Source: Zygnema circumcarinatum SAG 698-1b
Taxonomy: Eukaryota; Plantae; Zygnematophyceae
DNA length: 6,378 nt
Assembly (NCBI GenBank): GCA_037447605.1
Contig: JBBHKD010000086.1
Location: forward strand, 1-6,378
Reading direction: 5' to 3'
The notes below the pieces were generated by a model. It was given only the letters and a program-made list of their open reading frames with translations. It ran no database searches and had not been told where the DNA came from. The position numbers and the translations under genes were made by a program. How positions within the stretch are numbered: the first letter of the stretch is position 1; each line of letters starts with the position of its first letter. Positions 1 through 6,378 of the stretch are shown piece by piece.

Positions 1-292
1 GTGAGTCCGCCGTATGCACAAAGTTTTAGCGGGATTAATTAAGCGTTCTCCCTGATGACCGGATATGGACGTTTTTTGTGACCGCGTCGCGATAGGTTGC
101 GTTCACATACCGCGTCCCACTCCGTTATACGATTACGTTTTGTCTTTTATTCTTTTGCGCCGAAATTTCTCAGCGTCACTCACGATTGAGTCCGCCTTAT
201 GCACAAAAGTTTGAGTCAGTGCTTGATCTCCTATTAGGATATGGACGTTTTTTGTGACCGCGTGCGATGATTTGCGTTCTTTATACCGCGAT

Positions 293-920
293 CACTCCGT
301 TATACATAACTTTTTTGTCTTTTACTCTTTTGCACCGAAATTTCTCAGCGTCACTCTACAGTGAGTCCGCCGTATGCACAAAAGTTTGAGTCAATTAAGC
401 GTTCTCCCTATTCAGATATGGGCGTTTTTGTGACACGTGCAATAGGTTGCGTTCCTATACACGTCCACTCCGTTATATATAACTTTTTTGTCTTTTACTT
501 TTTTGCACCGAAATTTCTCAGCGTCACCCTACAGTGAGTCCGCCGTATGCACAAAAAGTTTGCGTCAATTAAGCGTTGTCCCTATTCAGATATGGACGTT
601 TTTGTGACACGTGCAATAAGTTGCGTTCCTATACACGTCCACTCCGTTATACATAACTTTTTTGTCTTTTATTCTTTTGCACCGAAATTTCTCAGCGTCA
701 CTCTACAGTGAGTCCGCCGTATGCACAAAAAGTTTGAGTTAATTAAGCGTTCTCCCTATTCAGATATGGACGTTTTTGTGACACGTGCAATAGGTTGCGT
801 TCCTATACACGTCCACTCCGTTATACGTTACTTTTTTGTCTTTTATTCTTTTGCACCGAAATTTGTCAGTGTCACTCTACAGTGAGTCCGCCGTATGCAC
901 AAAAAGTTTGAGTCAATTAA
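293..920. repeat. High-identity block (end of copy 2, copies 3-5, start of copy 6)
   Basis: Copies 4 and 5 are 174 bp and differ from the reference only by substitutions. Copy 3 is 173 bp (A4 instead of A5). Confidence 0.9.
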
Positions 921-1062
921 AAGCGTTATCCTGACCAGGATATATGGACGTTTTTGTGACACGATGCGATAAGTTCGCGTTCACATGCGATCCCTCCAAG
1001 ATTATACATAACTTTTTTTTCTTTTATTCTTTTGCACCGAAATTTCTCAGCGTCACTCTACA

Positions 1063-1236
1063 GTGAGTCCGCCGTATGCACAAAAAGTTTGAGTCAATTA
1101 AGCGTTCTCCCTATTCAGATATGGACGTTTTTGTGACACGTGCAATAAGTTGCGTTCCTATACATGTCCACTCCGTTATACATAACTTTTTTGTCTTTTA
1201 CTCTTTTGCACCGAAATTTCTCAGCGTCACTCTACA
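1063..1236. repeat. Reference monomer (copy 7, 174 bp), used as consensus
   Basis: GTGAGTCCGCCGTATGCACAAAAAGTTTGAGTCAATTAAGCGTTCTCCCTATTCAGATATGGACGTTTTTGTGACACGTGCAATAAGTTGCGTTCCTATACATGTCCACTCCGTTATACATAACTTTTTTGTCTTTTACTCTTTTGCACCGAAATTTCTCAGCGTCACTCTACA. Hand count: A42, C41, G29, T62 (40% GC). Confidence 0.97.
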
Positions 1237-1613
1237 GTGAGTCCGCCGTATGCACAAAAAGTTTGAGTCAATTAAGCGTTCTCCCTATTCAGATATGGAC
1301 GTTTTTGTGACACGTGCAATAGGTTGCGTTCCTATACACGTCCACTCCGTTATACATACGTTTTTGTCTTTTATTCTTTTTGCACCAGGAATTTCTCAGC
1401 GTCCTCTCTGATTGGAGTCCGCCGTATGCACCGAAAAAGTTTGAGTCAATTAAACATTTTGTCCCCTATTGAGATATGGACGTTTTTGTGACACGTTAAA
1501 TAAGTTGCGCTCCTATACATGTCCACTCCGTTATACATAACTTTTTTGTCTTTTACTCTTTTGCACCGAAATTTCTCAGCGTCACTCTACGGTGAGTCCG
1601 CCGTATGCACAAA

Positions 1614-4441
1614 GTTTGGAGTTAATTAAGCGTTCTCCCTATTCAGATATGGCGTTTTTGTGACCGTGCAATAGGTTCGCGTTCCCCATACACATCACTC
1701 AGTTACTGCCATTACGTTTTTGTCTTTTTACTTGTGCTTTTGCGCCAGAAATTTCGCGGCGGCGTCACTCTACAGGTCATTCAATACAAAAGGATTTGGA
1801 GTCAATTAAGCGATCTCCTATTATTGAGGATATGGACGTTTTGTGACCGTCTGATAGGTTAAAGGTTTCTTTATGCACCGTCCACTCCGTTATACATAAC
1901 TTTTTGTCTTTGTTCTTTGCACCGGAATTTCGGTCGCTCGGTCCGCCGTATGCACCAAAGGGTTTTGAATGGAATTAAGCCCATCCCTATTCCCGGATAT
2001 GGACGTTTTTGCTTGACCACGATGCGATAAGTTACGCGTTCTATCGGCGAAGCCGCTTTCGTTATACATAGCACTTTGTCTTTTACTCTTTTGCACCAGG
2101 AATTTCCTGCGGCGTCAGCTCTGATTGAGTCCGCCATTATGCTGGAAAGTTTGAGTTAATTAAGCAGATTATACTGTTGAATGGACGTTTTGCTTGACCG
2201 TGCAATAGGTTGGTTCTGCTTTACGTAAAAAACTCCGCGTTGCTCACATTACGTTTTTGTTGTCTTTTATTCTTTTGCGCAGAATTTCTCAGCGTCGCTC
2301 TGATTGGAGTCCGCCGTATGCACACAAAGAAGTTTGAGTCAATTAAAGGCGTTCTCCACGATGAGGAATATATGAGGACGTTTTTAGCGGCCACGTCTGC
2401 CCGATAGGTTCGTTCTGCATACCGTCCACTCCAGTTACCGCCACACCTTTTTATGGCACTTTATTCTTTTGCACCAGGAATTTCGGCGTCACTCGGTGAG
2501 TCCGCCGGCGTATGCAAAAGAAGTTTGCGGAGTCAATTAAGCGTTGTCCGCTGACCGGATATGGACGTTTTGGCAAGTGCAATAGAAGTTCGTTCCTGCT
2601 CACGTATCCCAGCATCACTGCGCACCGTGGCGCACTCTTTTTGCGGGAATTTCGGCGTCACTCGCGATTCTGATTACGCCGTATGCGCGAAAAGTTTGGA
2701 GTCAATTAAGCGTTCTCCCTATTCCCGGATATGGACACGTTTTGTGACCGTCTGATAGGTTCGTTCAACATGCCGTCGCTTTCGTTATACGCCGGCTTTT
2801 GTCTTTTATTCTTTGCACCGAGATTTGCCGGCGTACTCGGTGGAGTCCGTAATGGCACAAAAAGTTTGAGTCAATTAAGCCAGGCGGAAATTACCTGACC
2901 GGATATCAGGGCGTTTTTTTTTTGACCACGATGCAGCGGAGTTGGATTCTACTCGCCACGTATCCCATCACCGTTATACATAACTTTTTGTAACTGCTCT
3001 TTTGCGCCAGAATTTTCGGCACGTCACACTCTACGATTAGGTCCGCGTATGCGCGAAGTTTGGGGATTAATTAAGCGGTGCTCCCTGACCGGAATGGACG
3101 TTTTGGCTTGACCGTGATGCAATAGAGTTCGCGTTCCTTATGCGTCCACTCCACCGTTACTGCGTTTTTGTCTTTTATTCTTTTGCACCGGGCTGCCAGG
3201 CGATCACTCTGATTGGGGAGTCCGCCTTATGCACAAAAGTTTGAGTCGATTCCCGAAACGTCTCCTGCATTGTTAGGATATGGACGTTTTGTGACCGTGC
3301 AATGAGTTCGTTCTATGCACGTCCACTCCGTTGCCATAAACGCGCATGCTTTTATTCTTTTGCACGAAATTTCTCCGTCACTCGTTGATTACGCCGTGCA
3401 CAAAGTTTAGATCAATTAAGAAGCTGGCCCCGTCCACACTGATAGGATATGGACGTTTTTGTGACACGTCTGATAAGGGTTGCGTTCTATACATATCCCA
3501 CTCCGTTTTGCTCTGCCTTTTGTCTTTTACTCTCTTGCTTGCACTTGAAATTTCTCGGCGTAAGCATCTCGCGATTGAGTCCGCCGAAATGCACAAAGTT
3601 TGGGTTAATTTAAGCAGTCTCCCTATTCCAGATATGCGGACGTTTGTGACCGCGTCGTCTGATAGGTTCGCACGTTCTATACCGTCCCACTCCGTTGCTG
3701 TTGCACGCGTTTTGTCTTTTGATATTTGCACCGGGAACGCCGACGTCACTCTGGGTGAGTCCGCTGGCATGCACAAAAGTTTGAGTCAATTAAGCGTTCT
3801 CCTATTCAGATATGGACGTTTTGGCGGGCGCACGTGATGATGCAATGAGTTGCCGTTCAATATACACGTCCACTCCGTTTGCCGCCAACGCTTGTCTTTT
3901 ATTCTTTTGCACCAGAATTTCTCCATCACTCTGATTAGTCACCGCCGTATGCACAAAGTTGAGTCAATTTAGCGTTGTCCCTTTATTCAGATATGGACGT
4001 TTTTGTGACCACGTCTAAGTTGCGTTCTAGCCATATCCACTCCGGGGTATACATAGCATACTTTTATTCTTTTGCACCGGGAATTTCTCCTGGCGATCAC
4101 TCTGATTGAGTCCGCCGTACATGCACAAAAGTTTGAGTCAATAAAGCGTTTCTCCCTATTCAGATATGAGGACGTTTTGCTTGTACAGTTTTAAAGTTAC
4201 TGCGTCCACTCCCGTTGCGCCACGCTTTGTCTTTTAGCGTCGCCGGTTCTTACAGAGTCACTCTTGTGTGTCCGCGTAGCGCGCAAAAGATTGAGTCCAT
4301 TTGGCGGGTGCCGTCCACTATTGGATATGGACGTTTTGGCGCTCTTTATAAGGCTGCGTTCATATGCACGTCCACTCCGTTATATATAACTTTTGCATCT
4401 TTTAGTTTGTGCACCAGGAATTTCCTCTGGCGTTACCTCCG
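1614..4441. repeat. Long degenerate, indel-rich block (copies 10-25)
   Basis: Anchor motifs (GAGTCC, GAGTCAATTAAGCG, GATATGGACGTTTT, TTTTGCACC, CGTCACTC) remain recognisable in order, but apparent monomer lengths vary from about 160 to 197 bp with scattered 1-3 nt indels. Confidence 0.9.
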
Positions 4442-4786
4442 TTGAATCCGGCGTATGCACAAAAAGTTTGAGTCCATTTGGCGTTTTCCCTATTCAAATA
4501 TGGACGTTTTTGTGACACGTGCAATAAGTTGCGTTCCTATACATGTCCACTCCGTTATACATAACTTTTTTGTCTTTTACTCTTTTGCACCGAAATTTCT
4601 CAGCGTCACTCTACAGTGAGTCCGCCGTATGCACAAAACGTTTGAGTCAATTTGGCGTTCTCCCTATTCAGATATGGACGTTTTTGTGACACGTGCAATA
4701 AGTTGCGTTCCTATACATGTCCACTCCGTTATACATAACTTTTTTGTCTTTTACTCTTTTTCACCGAAATTTCTCAGCGTCACTCT
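4442..4786. repeat. High-identity block (copies 26-27)
   Basis: Both copies align to the reference without gaps (starts 4442 and 4616, 174 bp apart) and differ only by substitutions. Confidence 0.9.
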
Positions 4787-5503
4787 GCACTGAGGTCCGC
4801 CGTATGCACAAAGTTTGAGTCAATTAAGATTTCCTCCCTATTGAATGGCGCGGACGTTTTGCTTGACACGTCTGATAGTTGCGGCTTTCACTGTACGCTA
4901 TCCCACTCGGTATACACATAACTTTTGTGCTTTTACTCTTTTGCACCAGGAAATTTCTCGACGTCATCTCTGATTGAGTCCGCTTCGTATGCACAAAGTT
5001 TGAGTCAATTAAGCGTTTGTACTGATGGGAATATGGACGTTTTTGCATGACACGATGCGATAGAGGTTGAGATTTCATATCATCATCCGTTGTACATTAG
5101 CACTTTTGTCTTTACTCTTTGCTTTCCAGGGAGATTTCTCAGCGTCACTCTGGGGTCCGCCATTATGCGCACAAAGAAGTTTGAGTCAATTAAGCGTTCT
5201 CCCTATTCAGATATGGACGTTTTGGGCCACGTCTGATAGGTTCGCGTTCTCGCCCGTCCGCTCCAGATTATACATAACTTTTTGTCTTTTTATTCTTTGC
5301 TGCGAGATTTCTCAAGCGTCACTCTCACAGGTCCGCCGTATGCGCGCAAAGAAGTTTGAAGTCGAATTAAAGCGGCGCAAGCCCTGACCGGATAAGCTGG
5401 ACGTTTTGCGACGTGATGCAATATATTTAGCGTTCTATCCCGTAATCGCTCCCGTTAGCGCATAAGCGCTCTTTTGCGCCAGGGTACCTCAGCGTCACTC
5501 TGA

Positions 5504-5873
5504 TGAGTCCGCCGTATGCACAAAAAGTTTGAGTTAATTAAGCGTTCTCTCTATTCAGATATGGACGTTTTTGTGACACGTGCAATAGGTTGCGTTCCTA
5601 TACACGTCCACTCCGTTATACATAACTTTTTTGTCTTTTATTCTTTTGCACCGAAATTTGTCAGCGTCACCCTACAGTGAGTCCGCCGTATGCACAAAAA
5701 GTTTGCGTCAATTAAGCGTTCTCCCTATTCAGATATGGACGTTTTTGTGACACGTGCAATAAGTTGCGTTCCTATACATGCCCACTCCGTTATACATAAC
5801 TTTTTTGTCTTTTACTCTTTTGCACCGAAATTTCTCAGCGTCACCCTACAGTGAGTCCGCCGTATGCACAAAA
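5504..5873. repeat. High-identity block (copies 32-33, start of copy 34)
   Basis: Starts at 5503, 5677 and 5851 are exactly 174 bp apart, and the differences are substitutions only. Confidence 0.9.
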
Positions 5874-6378
5874 GTTTAGGGGTTAAATTAAGCGTTCTCC
5901 ACAGTAGGATATGGACGTTTTTGTGACACGTCGCGATAGGTTGGCACGTTCACTATCTGGCATCCACTCAGCGTATACATTACGTTTTGTCTTTTATTCT
6001 TTTGCACCGAAATTTCTCAGCGTCACTCTGATTGGAGTCCGCGTATGCACAAAAGTTTGAGGTCAATTAAGCGTTCTCCACTATTCGGTGTGGACACGTT
6101 TTTTTGTGACACGTCTGATAGGTTGCGTTCACATACGTCACTCCGTTATACATAGCTTTTGTCTTTTATTCTTTTTGCACCAGGGTTAATGCAGCGCGTC
6201 GCTCTAGGGTGGGTCGCCCCGTATGCACAAAAAGTTTGGGTCAAATTAAGCGTTCTCCTATTCGGATATGGACGTTTTTGTGACACGTGCAATAGGTTGC
6301 GGTCGTATACATGTCCACTCCGTTATACATAACTTTTTGTCTTTTACTCTTTTTGCACCGAAATTTCTCAGCGTCACT

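Larger units (their letters stand above)
1..6378. repeat. Tandem satellite-type array, 174-bp monomer, 36 head-to-tail copies in one orientation
   Basis: Monomer starts (GTGAGTCCGCC or a variant) read at about 1, 186, 361, 534, 708, 882, 1063, 1237, 1413, 1592, 1775, 1939, 2125, 2305, 2496, 2672, 2840, 3037, 3216, 3386, 3575, 3755, 3935, 4106, 4266, 4442, 4616, 4790, 4974, 5152, 5328, 5503, 5677, 5851, 6033, 6209. Clean copies are exactly 174 bp apart; mean spacing is about 177 bp. No unique spacer or orientation switch was seen. Confidence 0.98.

Noticed and set aside
1090-1229. Transcription-factor-like motifs TGAGTCA (1090-1096), CACGTG (1137-1142) and minus-strand TGACG (1225-1229)
   Set aside because: Motifs of 5-7 bp arise readily by chance, and their repetition only reflects array amplification. 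There is no adjacent gene or promoter context.
1871-5387. All nine supplied ORFs (64-163 aa)
   Set aside because: All lie in indel-rich copies and are mosaics of repeat frames (recurring fragments such as KKFESIK, QKRPY, RYGRF). The clean monomer has stop codons in all six frames, so these ORFs exist only where errors or decay removed stops. No recognisable domains.
1-6378. CRISPR, TIGR-like or other repeat-spacer guide array
   Set aside because: The variable stretches between conserved anchors align to the same consensus rather than being unique spacers. Clean copies are near-identical over all 174 bp, the period is too long, and no cas or other genes are present.
1-6378. Integron attC cassette array, REP/BIME cluster or plasmid iterons
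   Set aside because: There are no cassette ORFs or unique inserts, no long imperfect inverted repeat typical of attC or REP elements, and the unit is far longer than iterons.
1-6378. Tandem 5S rRNA, tRNA, snRNA or spliced-leader RNA gene array
   Set aside because: No 5S or tRNA conserved motifs, cloverleaf or convincing Pol III A/B boxes were recognised. T-runs alone are insufficient. An Rfam cmscan would be the decisive check.
1-6378. Restriction-fragment origin of the window ends (ACA^GT or C^TACAG sites at the monomer junction)
   Set aside because: The start fits an ACNGT cut, but the right end lacks CTACA and many internal sites are intact.
1-6378. MITE, Helitron or LTR element, or telomeric repeat
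   Set aside because: There are no terminal inverted repeats, target-site duplications, coding remnants, flanking unique DNA or short G-rich telomere units. A transposon origin of the monomer cannot be assessed from this window.

Overview
The whole window is one head-to-tail tandem array of a 174-bp monomer (36 copies, about 40% GC). Its architecture is that of eukaryotic satellite DNA (nucleosome-length monomer, short A/T tracts, many short dyads). I do not recognise the family or host. I find no supportable genes, RNA genes, CRISPR array or mobile element, and all supplied ORFs look like by-products of degenerate copies. The array alternates between near-perfect, almost indel-free blocks (about 293-920, 1021-1358, 1500-1613, 4442-4786, 5504-5873, 6265-6378) and indel-rich blocks. 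The simplest reading is a noisy long read or patchily polished assembly. However, the degenerate copies share recurrent alternative motifs, which could be a second subfamily or methylation-driven miscalls. I see no evidence for a new biological system beyond an unassigned satellite family.
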